In this document: one piece after another, positions 29,501 to 36,572 of the stretch | How the letters are laid out: every line of letters begins with the position of its first letter | Position numbering within the stretch: the first letter of the stretch is position 1 | NCBI GenBank assembly: GCA_016935555.1 | Contig: JAFGQR010000160.1 | Coordinates: 3,062-67,061 of the forward strand | DNA length: 64,000 nucleotides | Direction: 5' to 3' | Origin: Verrucomicrobiota bacterium | Lineage (GTDB): Bacteria; Verrucomicrobiota; Verrucomicrobiia; Limisphaerales; JAFGQR01 | Translations under genes and position numbers: made by a program | The notes under the pieces: generated by a model | The model's database searches: none | Told to the model about the DNA's origin: nothing | The model's input: the letters and a program-made list of their open reading frames with translations, nothing else

Positions 29501-30209
29501 CAACAACCCGGCCACGCCGCCCCTGGCCTTGTTCATCAACGAATGGATGGCGTCGAACAACGGCAGCGTCCTCGATCCCGCCGACCAGGATGCGGACGAC
29601 TGGTTCGAAATCCACAATCCCAACGATGAACCCGTGAACCTCGCCGGTTACCGCCTGACCGACAACCCCGCCGATCCCACTCAATACATCATCGGGGACG
29701 GCTTCGAGATCCCGGCCGGCGGCTTCCAGCTGGTCTGGGCCGACGAGGAAACCAGCCAGACGGAGCCGCCCGGACGGTTGCACGTGAACTTCCGGCTCAG
29801 CGCCAACGGTGAGTCCATCATGCTGTTCGCCGCCGATGGCCAGCTCGTCGATGCCGTCGCCTTCGGCACCCAATCCGCCAATGTCAGCGAAGGCCGGTTT
29901 CCCGACGGCAACCGCCCGCCGTTCCGCCTCCTCGATCCGTTCACGCCCGGAGCCCCGAACCGGATCCCGGCCGAGGCCGCGCCCGTGATCCGGTCGATCC
30001 TCGCGGATCTGCCTGAAGGCCGGGTCACGCTGGTCTGGGATGCGGAAGCCAACCGGACCTATCGGCTGCAATACAAAGAACGCCTGGACGATCCCGCGTG
30101 GCTCGACCTGGAAGGCGAAATCACCGCCGCCGGAAGCACCGCGAGCAAGGAGGACGCCACCCTCGGTGGCGCTGCCCAGCGGTTCTACCGGGTTCTGCGC
30201 GTGCCCTGA
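23544..30209 (+). CDS. Giant secreted protein (2,221 aa): N-terminal beta-sandwich, Ig I-set-like domain, six lamin-tail domains (LTD), CotH domain, conserved C-terminal FYRV module
   Basis: ORF 23286..30209. The true start is likely ATG 23544, giving the signal peptide MTLTRLFSSFLAASLGLAAIPGGLPAAS. The Ig domain reads PPSILEQPVSATVGQGDAVTFEVSIYGAKPLFYQWRLNG...AGAYDVVVTNAAG. LTD motifs include FTEIMYHP..LEFVELYN, VINEILAHT..YLELYN, VIHEIMYHP..YVELYN, VISEIMFNP..FVELHN, PWIEIHN and LFINEWMAS..WFEIHN. The CotH-like region reads LDWPVRDPTNQREQMMFWLLEQYGLPNLYRRYIHMFVNG. The protein ends ..YRLQYKERLDDPAWLDL...AQRFYRVLRVP. Confidence 0.9.
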   Translation: MTLTRLFSSFLAASLGLAAIPGGLPAASIPGLYNTGVSTSGALLPGGSVDPHYRMIQSTDTQFPGPNAMVVNEGWPIVPAANGVWIANGPSSKWLGPQAAQGNGNQPGDYVYRLTFDLTGLEPSSAVITGRWTSDNAATDIRINGVGTGINYDGNFGAWSASWTISSGFREGTNTLDFVINNAGTAVNPTAFRVELSGTADYEAPPGTPPSILEQPVSATVGQGDAVTFEVSIYGAKPLFYQWRLNGEPILGANSASFSIPSAGSSDAGAYDVVVTNAAGMATSDAATLSIVVLSPAQLSYEPAGPSSRRTGLAFTEIMYHPPKRADGRTLEFVELYNSNPFYEDLGGYRLAGQLDYTFPAGTRIEGLCYVVIAPVPEDVMAVYGLANVLGGATNRLANNGGRLQLLKPSGGVVLDVTYDDQPPWPAAADGTGHSLVLVRPSHGERDPHAWAASAQRGGSPGAPDPVPAGPLENVVINEILAHTDLPNLDYLELYNHSPVPVDVSGGWLSDDPATNKFQIPADTTLPANGFLTFDETQLGFALAADGETVYLVSPDQQRVIDCLRYGGQANGVAFGRYPDGAELFQELTCPSPDAPNAPMRIRNVVIHEIMYHPISNDAEDEYVELYNRGETAVEMGGWRFSDGIDYAFPPGTAIDPGGYLVVAKNAARLLTNHPGLNPAVVVGDFGGTLADGGDRLVLAMPEFDLETNAVSGLVRTNTFFVVADEVVYADGGRWGMWADGGGSSLELKDPRSDNRLAANWADSDETAKAPWTLVEHTGLLDHGTGSASTNLQIHLQDAGEALVDDVEVIAVTPAGGNRIPNSTFESGTAGWVFKGTHRRTSLETAEGHNSARSLHLRATDRGDTVNFVRATFSSPFNANNTATIRAWVRWLRGQPEILFRFKENYLEAVGFMTVPANLGTPGAPNSTAVPNAPPAITAVSHRPALPAANQPIRVQARVHDADGVAAVTLRYRIDPASTLVSVPMGDDGTSGDLVAGDGVYGAVIPGQSASRLVAFRIEATDAAATPAASQFPADAPARECLVRTGESVPAGAFGTYRMWMTQATFDFWTNREKMSNEALDVTFVYGSHRIIYNAGSYFAGSAWTSPGYTTPSGNLCGYDILYPDDDLLLGDDHVTLDWPVRDPTNQREQMMFWLLEQYGLPNLYRRYIHMFVNGTRRGTIYDDVQQPGTDVLEEWFPEDDEGDLFKTNFYFEYADNQAREGGTPNTLEIFATTGGQKKIARYRWNWKPRAMRGSANDFRVLLDLVDAVNSQGAAYIPAVESQVDMEHWMRTFAMNDLASYWDAFGNPNYKNTYLYKPERSGWKLFCWDFDVGLGAGIGIDNELYNAPLFPGNIDPTVQRLYQTPVFVRAYWRALEEAVNTFFTAEAVTPIVTAKYDAFVANGVNLTSPLVSSGRGYSLPGFVAQRRAWLLTQLATVAAPFAVAAPDQVTLDTNLLVLNGTAPVGVAALTVNGQPYPAAWASVSNWTLRIPVPAGSNLLTIAGVDRLGHPVDGATRDLAVTFSGTNLSPVGVVVISEIMFNPLTPDTSFVELHNTSATHAFDLSGWRVNGLGFTFPSGSTLLPGQFIVLARDAIAFGAAFGNDQPVFAEFEGALDNDGETLSLRMPGAAPGEEIEVDRVTYDDLAPWPTAANGQGPSLQVLDPLQDNSRVSNWTDGQGWRFFSTNRNVGSVITTPFRLSFYFESSGGDVYLDDIRFAQEDTPGQGTNVLDNPGFESGLASWGLGPLATNSMVIGTDAHSGGSCLQLVVAPGGASLTTFYQELATITRSTNYTLSFWYKPGTAGTNLSARVSSLFRTSLLIEEILATPGEPNAGAQSLPPYPPLWLSEIQPDNQSTVADNRAEIDPWIEIHNAGSERLSLDGCYLSTDLGRLTAWAFPESPPLEPGEYRLVWADAQPEQSDTAHWHASFRLNPTNGSVYLSQSVAGTTRILDYYHYSDVPPDRSYGTYPPGQNSWRDTFHYPTPGNTNNPATPPLALFINEWMASNNGSVLDPADQDADDWFEIHNPNDEPVNLAGYRLTDNPADPTQYIIGDGFEIPAGGFQLVWADEETSQTEPPGRLHVNFRLSANGESIMLFAADGQLVDAVAFGTQSANVSEGRFPDGNRPPFRLLDPFTPGAPNRIPAEAAPVIRSILADLPEGRVTLVWDAEANRTYRLQYKERLDDPAWLDLEGEITAAGSTASKEDATLGGAAQRFYRVLRVP

Positions 30210-30267
30210 GCGCGCGGCGTTCCGCGTGTCCTGGCCTTGCCGCCGCGGGGCCGGGGATCGCCGTCCG

Positions 30268-31170
30268 TCAAAGCAGCCCCTGGTAGGCGAGCCACAACGC
30301 GCGATAATACCGCATCACCCGCACCGGGTCGGAACTTTCCGGGATCTCGGCCAGGCAATAGCCCCGGTACTGGATCGCGTTGAGCCTCGCCAGCAGCTTG
30401 CGGAACGGATAGTCCTCCAAATACAAATCCCGCATGTGCACCTCGTTAATGCGATCCTTCACCAAGTCGAAGTTCGCATCGAAGCCGTCCCCGGCAAGAT
30501 CGGACGGATTCGAGTTCCAACAGGCGCCGACATTCGGATGGTTGGCGGCGTCGAGGATGATTTTGATGTTGGGGAGCAGGGACGTTTCCCCGCCGTGCAC
30601 CTCCAGGCGGATCGCCACCCCGTGACCCTGGCCAAACTCACCCAACTCGCGCAACGCCGCGCCAATCTGCGCGAGCGTCTTCTCCTTGGGCACCCCCTTT
30701 GGCAGGCCGTTGGGGCGGACCTTGACGCCCGAGGCCCCGACGTCGCGCGCCAGGACGATATATTCCTTGGTGGCGGCAATGTCCTTGGCCAGCTTGACCG
30801 GGTCGGGCGTGTGATAGTCGAACGCGCTCCCCAGCCCCATCAGTTCCACCCGCGAATCCCGGAACCGCTTCTTCACCTCGGCGCGTTGCGCCGCGGTCAG
30901 TGCCACTTCGACCTTGTGCGCGTGCGTCGTGCGCAACTCGACTCCGTCGAACTTGGCCGCCTCGCAATTCCTGATAAGGGTGGGCACGTCCCACTGCTTC
31001 GCCAGGTTGTACGTCACCAGCCCAAGCTTCATCCGCGGCGCGCCGGTGACGAAATGCTGAGCCGGCGCCGCGCCGGCGACCCGTGCTGCCGGGCCAAGCA
31101 GCCCCATCACGCCCGCACCCATGCCGGCAGCCCTCAAAAACTCACGACGATTCGATTTCATGGATGACAT
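30268..31170 (-). CDS. Tat-signal sugar phosphate isomerase/epimerase (xylose-isomerase-like TIM barrel)
   Basis: 300 aa with the Tat leader MSSMKSNRREFLRAAGMGAGVMGLLGPAARVAGA. The TIM-barrel family pattern is readable (FDGVELR...GVKVRPNGLPKG...AIRLEVHGG). Confidence 0.8.
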   Translation of the reverse strand: MSSMKSNRREFLRAAGMGAGVMGLLGPAARVAGAAPAQHFVTGAPRMKLGLVTYNLAKQWDVPTLIRNCEAAKFDGVELRTTHAHKVEVALTAAQRAEVKKRFRDSRVELMGLGSAFDYHTPDPVKLAKDIAATKEYIVLARDVGASGVKVRPNGLPKGVPKEKTLAQIGAALRELGEFGQGHGVAIRLEVHGGETSLLPNIKIILDAANHPNVGACWNSNPSDLAGDGFDANFDLVKDRINEVHMRDLYLEDYPFRKLLARLNAIQYRGYCLAEIPESSDPVRVMRYYRALWLAYQGLL

Positions 31171-31444
31171 TCAACACCCAAACCGCCCGACACGCAACCC
31201 CCGGCACCGTCCCCATGCGGTCATTCCCGCGCGTGGTGGGCGGAAAGGAAAGGCGGTTTCGGGGCGCAAAGGCGCAAGGAGGCGTCCCGCGGCTGCGCCA
31301 AGAAATGTGTAGCGTTCGGCAATACTGCCGTAGTCGACGGCCGCCGCCCGCTCAACACTGGCACACGTCGCCTGCCGCGCCGTTCGCGGGCTTCCCCATG
31401 AATGGCGCGCGGATGGGCTCAGTCCAAGCAGTGCACGCGCAATC

Positions 31445-31663
31445 ATGAAGCGTCGAACGAGTGCCGAAATTCATCGCCGCCAGTTCCTGGCTGGTGCGAC
31501 CCGCGTTTTGGCCATCGGCGCCCTGGCCGCCACCGCCGCGCTCGCCGCCCGCCGCCGACGCGGCCGGCGTCCCGCGTCATGCCAGGACTGCCCCGTGCTG
31601 GCCGGATGCGTCTTCGCCAACGCGCCGGCCGACTCACATTGCCAACGGCCAGGCGCACCATGA
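31445..31663 (+). CDS. 72-aa Tat-motif, Cys-rich mini-protein (hypothetical)
   Basis: MKRRTSAEIHRRQFLAGATRVLAIGALAATAALAA + RRRRGRRPASCQDCPVLAGCVFANAPADSHCQRPGAP. It has a twin-arginine motif (RRQFLAG), a hydrophobic h-region and four Cys in the tail. Its stop TGA (31661-31663) overlaps the ATG (31660) of the next gene as ATGA. A short ORF in GC-rich DNA gets only moderate confidence. Confidence 0.5.
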   Translation: MKRRTSAEIHRRQFLAGATRVLAIGALAATAALAARRRRGRRPASCQDCPVLAGCVFANAPADSHCQRPGAP

Positions 31664-32715
31664 AGCCGTCCCCTGCCCTTCGCGTGCGGCGACGCTGTTT
31701 CCTGCGGGCTGGGATCCTGACCGCCGGCGCGGCCATGACCGTGTTTTCGCGCCGCCCAGGCTTCGGCGCCCAGCCCCCTCAAACCAATCCCTTCGCCTAC
31801 GACGTCAGCCGCCACAGCCGCGTCGACCCCGCCCTGGTCCACTTTTCCCTTGTCCAACAGTTCCGCGGTCCTGCGGGAGCCCGCCGGCTGGCGGTTGGGC
31901 CGGACCAATGTCTTTATATTGCCGCAGGGACGTCGGTGCATCTCTACGACGCGCAGGGCCGGCCGCTGGGGCTCAAGTCCCTGAACGCCGAGGCGCACGC
32001 CGTCGCGATGGCGGGTGACGGCTCGCTCTATGTGGGTTTGCGCGACCGGGTTGCCGTGTTTGCACCCAACGCCAGCCGGGCGGTTGTCTGGGCGTCGCCC
32101 GGGGAGCGCACTTGGATCAGCGGGGTGGCTGCGGGAAAGAACGACGTGTTTGCGGCCGATTCCGGCAATCGCGTTGTGCTGCGCTACGATCGCTCGGGCA
32201 AGCTTGTGGGGCGCATCGGAGGGCGCGACACGGAACGCAACGTGCCGGGGCTGGTTCTGCCCAGTCCGTTTCTGGATGTCGAGCTTCACCCGGACGGGTT
32301 GCTGCGGGTCAACAATCCCGGGCGGCACCGGGTCGAAGCCTACACGGTGGAGGGCGATCTGGAAGTTGTCTGGGGCAAACCCACGGCCGCCATCGAGGGG
32401 TTTTGCGGCTGCTGCAACCCCGTGAGCCTCGCCATCCTTCCCGGCGGAGACATTGTCACCTCCGAGAAAGGCCTTCCGCGGGTCAAAGTGTATTCGGTCC
32501 ATGGCAAGTTCCAATCCGTCGTTGCCGGGCCCGGCTCGTTTCCCGAGAATGCGCGGATCGGGGCGGGAGGCATCGCTCCGAACGGCATGCGGGCGTCGCT
32601 GGATGCGGCGGCGGACGCGCGGGGTCGGGTCTACGTGCTCGACACCGCAACCGCCCTGATCCATGTCTTCGCCCGAAAACCCGAAGCCGCCTTTGGCCGC
32701 CGGCACGCTGGCTGA
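31660..32715 (+). CDS. Tat-leader NHL-repeat six-bladed beta-propeller protein
   Basis: Internal ATG of ORF 31402..32715 gives MKPSPALRVRRRCFLRAGILTAGAAMTVFS. NHL-like blades are readable (LAVGPDQCLYIAAG, VAMAGDGSLYVG, DVFAADSGNRVVLRYD, LHPDGLLRVNNPGRHRVEAY, LPGGDIVTSEKGLPRVKVYS, GRVYVLD). It also carries an unusual EGFCGCCNP motif. Confidence 0.8.
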   Translation: MKPSPALRVRRRCFLRAGILTAGAAMTVFSRRPGFGAQPPQTNPFAYDVSRHSRVDPALVHFSLVQQFRGPAGARRLAVGPDQCLYIAAGTSVHLYDAQGRPLGLKSLNAEAHAVAMAGDGSLYVGLRDRVAVFAPNASRAVVWASPGERTWISGVAAGKNDVFAADSGNRVVLRYDRSGKLVGRIGGRDTERNVPGLVLPSPFLDVELHPDGLLRVNNPGRHRVEAYTVEGDLEVVWGKPTAAIEGFCGCCNPVSLAILPGGDIVTSEKGLPRVKVYSVHGKFQSVVAGPGSFPENARIGAGGIAPNGMRASLDAAADARGRVYVLDTATALIHVFARKPEAAFGRRHAG

Positions 32716-32722
32716 ACCCACG

Positions 32723-33304
32723 ATGAACCCCACCCCTTCCGATTCCACGCCGCCCGTCAGCCGCCGGCAATTTCTCAGAGACGGCCTGCGGGCGGCCGGC
32801 GTGGCGGGGCTGGGGGGTGTGGCGGGGCTGGGGGCGGCGCGGACGGGCGCCAGGGAGTATTACTGGCAGATCGATCCGGACAAGTGCGTCCGGTGCGGCC
32901 GCTGCGCCACCGAGTGCGTGCTCCAGCAATCCGCGGTCAAATGCGTGCACGCCTACGCGATCTGCGGCTATTGCGAGTTGTGCACCGGCTATTTCAACCC
33001 CGAACCCAACGCCCTGAACACCGGCGCCGAAAACCAGCTCTGCCCCACCTCCGCGATCCGCCGCACGTTTATCGAAGACCCCTACTACGAATACACCATC
33101 GACGAGCAACTCTGCATCGGCTGCGGCAAGTGCGTCGAAGGCTGCAGCCGTTTCGGCAACGGCTCCCTTTACCTCCAAGTCCGCCACGACCGCTGCCTCA
33201 ACTGCAATGAGTGCGCCATCGCCCGCGTCTGCGCCGGCGACGCCTTCCGCCGTGTGCCCGTCGATCAACCGTATCTGCTGCGGACCGCCCCGCCCGCCCA
33301 CTGA
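32723..33304 (+). CDS. Tat-exported poly-[4Fe-4S] ferredoxin (NapG/MauM/NosG-like)
   Basis: Internal ATG 32723 of ORF 32663..33304 gives MNPTPSDSTPPVSRRQFLRDGLRAAGVAGLGG (Tat). There are four Cys clusters: CVRCGRCATEC, CGYCELCTG...LCP, CIGCGKCVEGC and CLNCNECAIARVC. Confidence 0.85.
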   Translation: MNPTPSDSTPPVSRRQFLRDGLRAAGVAGLGGVAGLGAARTGAREYYWQIDPDKCVRCGRCATECVLQQSAVKCVHAYAICGYCELCTGYFNPEPNALNTGAENQLCPTSAIRRTFIEDPYYEYTIDEQLCIGCGKCVEGCSRFGNGSLYLQVRHDRCLNCNECAIARVCAGDAFRRVPVDQPYLLRTAPPAH

Positions 33305-33307
33305 CGC

Positions 33308-34768
33308 ATGCCCCCCGCCGCCCACGCCACAGCCCGCGCCCGCCCGGACCGGACCCGCGTCCGCCGCGCCCGCGTTCCCGCGGTGCTGGCCGGGGTCTGC
33401 CTGGTCCTTATGGCGCTAAACGCCACGGCCCAGCACCGATTCCCCCCGCCGGATTTCGAGGGCGGCCACACGCTGCCGGCCACCACCACGCCCGCGCCGC
33501 GGGCGCTCGTTCTCGAGTATGTGGATTTTGGGCTGCTGCTGGCCGGGCTGGGTGTGGCGGCGTGGCTGACCTTGCGACGCCGCTCGCGCCGGGGCGTGGT
33601 GATCCTGAGCCTGGCGTCGCTGGCCTATTTCGGATTTTACCGCGAAGGCTGCCTGTGCGTCATCGGCTCCATCCAAAACGTCGCCCTGGCGCTCGCCGAC
33701 CCCGGCTACGTCCTGCCCGCGTTCGCCCTGGGCTTCTTCGTCGCCCCCCTCGCCGTCGCCCTTTTCTTCGGACGCGCCTTTTGTGCCGGTGTCTGTCCGC
33801 ACGGCGCCCTTCAGGATTTGGTGCTTGTCAAACCTGTCAAGGTTCCCTCCTGGCTCGAACACGCGTTGGGAATCCTGCCGTTTGTTTACCTGGGCGTGGG
33901 CGTTCTGGCCGCCGCGACGGGGAGCGGCTTCATCATCTGCCGCTACGATCCCTTCGTGCCCCTGTTCCGGCTGTCGGGCAGCTTCAGCCTGCTGGTCTTC
34001 GGCGGCGCGATGCTGCTGCTCAGCCTGTTCGTCGGGCGCCCCTACTGCCGGTTCCTCTGCCCCTATGGCGCCCTGCTCAAAATGGCCGCGTCCATCAGCC
34101 GGTGGCGCGTCCGCACCACGCCCGACTACTGCACGCAATGCCGCCTCTGCGAGGAGTCCTGCCCCTTCGGCGCCATGCGCGAACCGTCCAGCGGCGCGGC
34201 GGATCCGACGACGCTGGTTGCGGAACGCAAACGGCTCACCGGCCTGCTGGTGCTGACGCCGGTGTTGATCGTCGCCCTGGGCTGGATCGGATCGCGTGCC
34301 GGGGGCCCCGCCTCCCTGCTCCATCCCACCGTGGCGCTGGCCGAAAGCCATCTCCGCCAGGAGCGCGCCCCGATGAACTACCCGCCCCAGTCCCCCGAAG
34401 CCCTGATGTTGGTCCGCGCCCGGCTCGACCCGGCCGCCCTTCTTGCCCAGGCCGCAGCGGTGCGCCGCCGTTTCATCGTGGGCGGCTGGCTCCTCGGCGG
34501 ATGGATCGGTCTGGTCCTCGGCGCCAAGTGGATCAGCCTGTCGGTGCGCCGACACCGCACCGACTTCGAGCCGGACCGCGGCGCCTGCCTCTCCTGCGCC
34601 CGTTGCTTCGAGTTCTGTCCCAACGAACGCGTGCGACGCGGACTGCTGCCCCCGGAAGCGCTTGTTCTCAAGGCCGCCCACGCCGGATTGCCCGGGGCCG
34701 GCGCGGGCGCCCGCCCCGCCGCCGCGCAAGCGGCTTCGCGGCCCGTCCAGCCTTGCCCGCATGCCTGA
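33308..34768 (+). CDS. Polytopic membrane Fe-S protein (NapH/MauN/NosH-like)
   Basis: 486 aa with about 8 hydrophobic helices. It has two CxxxCP motifs (FCAGVCPHGA, YCRFLCPYGA) and two ferredoxin motifs (CTQCRLCEESCP, CLSCARCFEFCP). Confidence 0.8.
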   Translation: MPPAAHATARARPDRTRVRRARVPAVLAGVCLVLMALNATAQHRFPPPDFEGGHTLPATTTPAPRALVLEYVDFGLLLAGLGVAAWLTLRRRSRRGVVILSLASLAYFGFYREGCLCVIGSIQNVALALADPGYVLPAFALGFFVAPLAVALFFGRAFCAGVCPHGALQDLVLVKPVKVPSWLEHALGILPFVYLGVGVLAAATGSGFIICRYDPFVPLFRLSGSFSLLVFGGAMLLLSLFVGRPYCRFLCPYGALLKMAASISRWRVRTTPDYCTQCRLCEESCPFGAMREPSSGAADPTTLVAERKRLTGLLVLTPVLIVALGWIGSRAGGPASLLHPTVALAESHLRQERAPMNYPPQSPEALMLVRARLDPAALLAQAAAVRRRFIVGGWLLGGWIGLVLGAKWISLSVRRHRTDFEPDRGACLSCARCFEFCPNERVRRGLLPPEALVLKAAHAGLPGAGAGARPAAAQAASRPVQPCPHA

Positions 34769-36572
34769 GCCTTCGCCAACGCTTTCGCCGCCTGCCGCGT
34801 CCGCCACGGCGGCTTGCGCCGTTCGGCTCGAGCGCGCCGCGTTGCTGACCGCGGTGGTGGCGGGGTTGTTCTGCGCGGTGCTGGTGGTGGGCATGATCGT
34901 GGTGCATGTGCGCTCGACGCTGGACGACCCGCTCAACGCGCCGCACATGGCGGCGCTTAAGAGCCAGCTCGCCGCCTCCCCCAAGGACGAAGCCCTCAAA
35001 CGCCAAATCCGCGAACTCGATCTCGATTTGCGCCGCAGTTACTTCCGGCAGCTGTCGATGAACCATGTCGGCGGCTGGATGTTGCTGGCGGGGTTCGGCG
35101 TGCTCCTGCTCGCCGCCAACAAGGTGCGCCAATTGCGCCAGCTCCCGCCCGCACCGCATCTCAACCCCAACGCCGCCGAGCAGGCCGCGCGCCGCGCCGC
35201 CCAGGCCCGCGGGTCGCTGGCCGGGCTCGCCGTCGCCCTCGCTCTCGCCAGCGCCGCTCTCGCCCTGGTTCTCAGACCCGCTGTCCCCGCCCGGCCCGGG
35301 GACCTCCAACGCCTGCTCGCCCGCAATGCCAGCCCCGCCCCCGCACCCCCGTCGCCTCCCCCGGCCGCCGAATCCAAAAACCACTGGCCCCGCTTTCGCG
35401 GTCCGGACGGCAACGGCATTGCCCTCCACACCAATGTGCTCCTCCAATGGGATGTCGCCGCCGGCACCGGCCTGCTCTGGAAAACACCCGTCCCCGCCCC
35501 CGGATTCAATTCTCCGATCGTCTGGAACGACCGCATTTTCATGTCCGGCGGCGACAAGCAGAAGCGCGAGGTCATGTGCTTCGACCTCGAGTCCGGCAAG
35601 CTCCTCTGGCAGCGCGCCGTCGACAAGGTCCCCGGCTCGCCCGCCGAACTGCCGGAGGTCCCCGAAATGACCGGGTTCGCCGCGCCGACCATGGCCACGG
35701 ACGGTCAGCGCGCCTACGTGATTTTTGCGAACGGGGATGTGGCTGCGTTTGGATTTGACGGCGCGCTGGCGTGGGCGACGAACCTTGGGGTGCCGCACAA
35801 TCCGCATGGTCATGCCAGTTCGCTGGCCATGTGGCAGGACCGGCTTCTTGTGCAGCTTGACCACGGCAACCCTGACGAGCATCTCTCCAAACTCCTCGCC
35901 TTCGACGGCGCCACCGGCAGCGTCCTGTGGCAGCGCGCGCGGCCTGTCGGCGACTCCTGGGCCAGCCCGATTGTGATCGACACCGCCGGCACATCCCAGG
36001 TCATCGCCCTCGGATTGCCCTGGCTCATCGCCCACGATCCCGCCGACGGCTCCGAGTTGTGGCGGGCGGACTGTCTGGAAGGCGAAGTGACCCCGTCCCC
36101 CGTGTTTGCCGACGATCGCCTCTTCGTGGTCAGTCCCAACATCTACCTGATGGCCATCCGCCCCGACGGCCGCGGCGACGTCACCAAGACCCATATCCTC
36201 TGGAAAGCCGAGGACGGCATTCCGGACATCGGCAGCCCGGTGAGCAACGGCGAGCTGGTGTTTGTCGTCAACACCCCCGGCATGCTCACCTGCTACGACG
36301 CCCGGGACGGCAAGAAACTCTGGGAACACGACTACGAGACCGAGGTCAACGCGTCGCCCACCCTCGTCGGCCGGCGTCTTTACCTCTTCACCGTCGACGG
36401 CGCCGCCCTCGTCGTCGAGGCGGCGCGGGCGTTCAAGGAGATCGCCCGCTCTGCGATGGGCGAGAAAGTGTTTGCGAGTCCGGCCTTTGTGCGAAACCGC
36501 ATCATCGTGCGCGGCGCCCGGCATCTGTTCTGCCTCGGAACCGCCGGCGACCAGATCGCCCAGGCGCCATGA
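34761..36572 (+). CDS. Membrane-anchored PQQ-like (BamB-like) beta-propeller repeat protein
   Basis: Internal ATG 34761 of ORF 34443..36572 overlaps the upstream stop by 8 nt. There are three N-terminal hydrophobic helices (LLTAVVAGLFCAVLVVGMIVV, GGWMLLAGFGVLLLAA, LAGLAVALALASAALALVL). PQQ_2-type propeller repeats follow (WPRFRGPDGNG, SPIVWNDRIFMSGG, CFDLESGKLLWQ, AFDGATGSVLWQ, AHDPADGSELWR, CYDARDGKKLWE). Confidence 0.8.
   Translation: MPEPSPTLSPPAASATAACAVRLERAALLTAVVAGLFCAVLVVGMIVVHVRSTLDDPLNAPHMAALKSQLAASPKDEALKRQIRELDLDLRRSYFRQLSMNHVGGWMLLAGFGVLLLAANKVRQLRQLPPAPHLNPNAAEQAARRAAQARGSLAGLAVALALASAALALVLRPAVPARPGDLQRLLARNASPAPAPPSPPPAAESKNHWPRFRGPDGNGIALHTNVLLQWDVAAGTGLLWKTPVPAPGFNSPIVWNDRIFMSGGDKQKREVMCFDLESGKLLWQRAVDKVPGSPAELPEVPEMTGFAAPTMATDGQRAYVIFANGDVAAFGFDGALAWATNLGVPHNPHGHASSLAMWQDRLLVQLDHGNPDEHLSKLLAFDGATGSVLWQRARPVGDSWASPIVIDTAGTSQVIALGLPWLIAHDPADGSELWRADCLEGEVTPSPVFADDRLFVVSPNIYLMAIRPDGRGDVTKTHILWKAEDGIPDIGSPVSNGELVFVVNTPGMLTCYDARDGKKLWEHDYETEVNASPTLVGRRLYLFTVDGAALVVEAARAFKEIARSAMGEKVFASPAFVRNRIIVRGARHLFCLGTAGDQIAQAP

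Noticed and set aside
31340-31380. TGGCAC...CTGC upstream of the redox operon, considered as a sigma-54 promoter
   Set aside because: The GG-to-GC spacing does not match the -24/-12 consensus.
33211-34848. 545-aa + strand ORF in an alternative frame over the NapH-like gene
   Set aside because: It is extremely Arg/Pro-rich. The 33308..34768 frame gives TM helices and CxxxCP / 4Fe-4S motifs.
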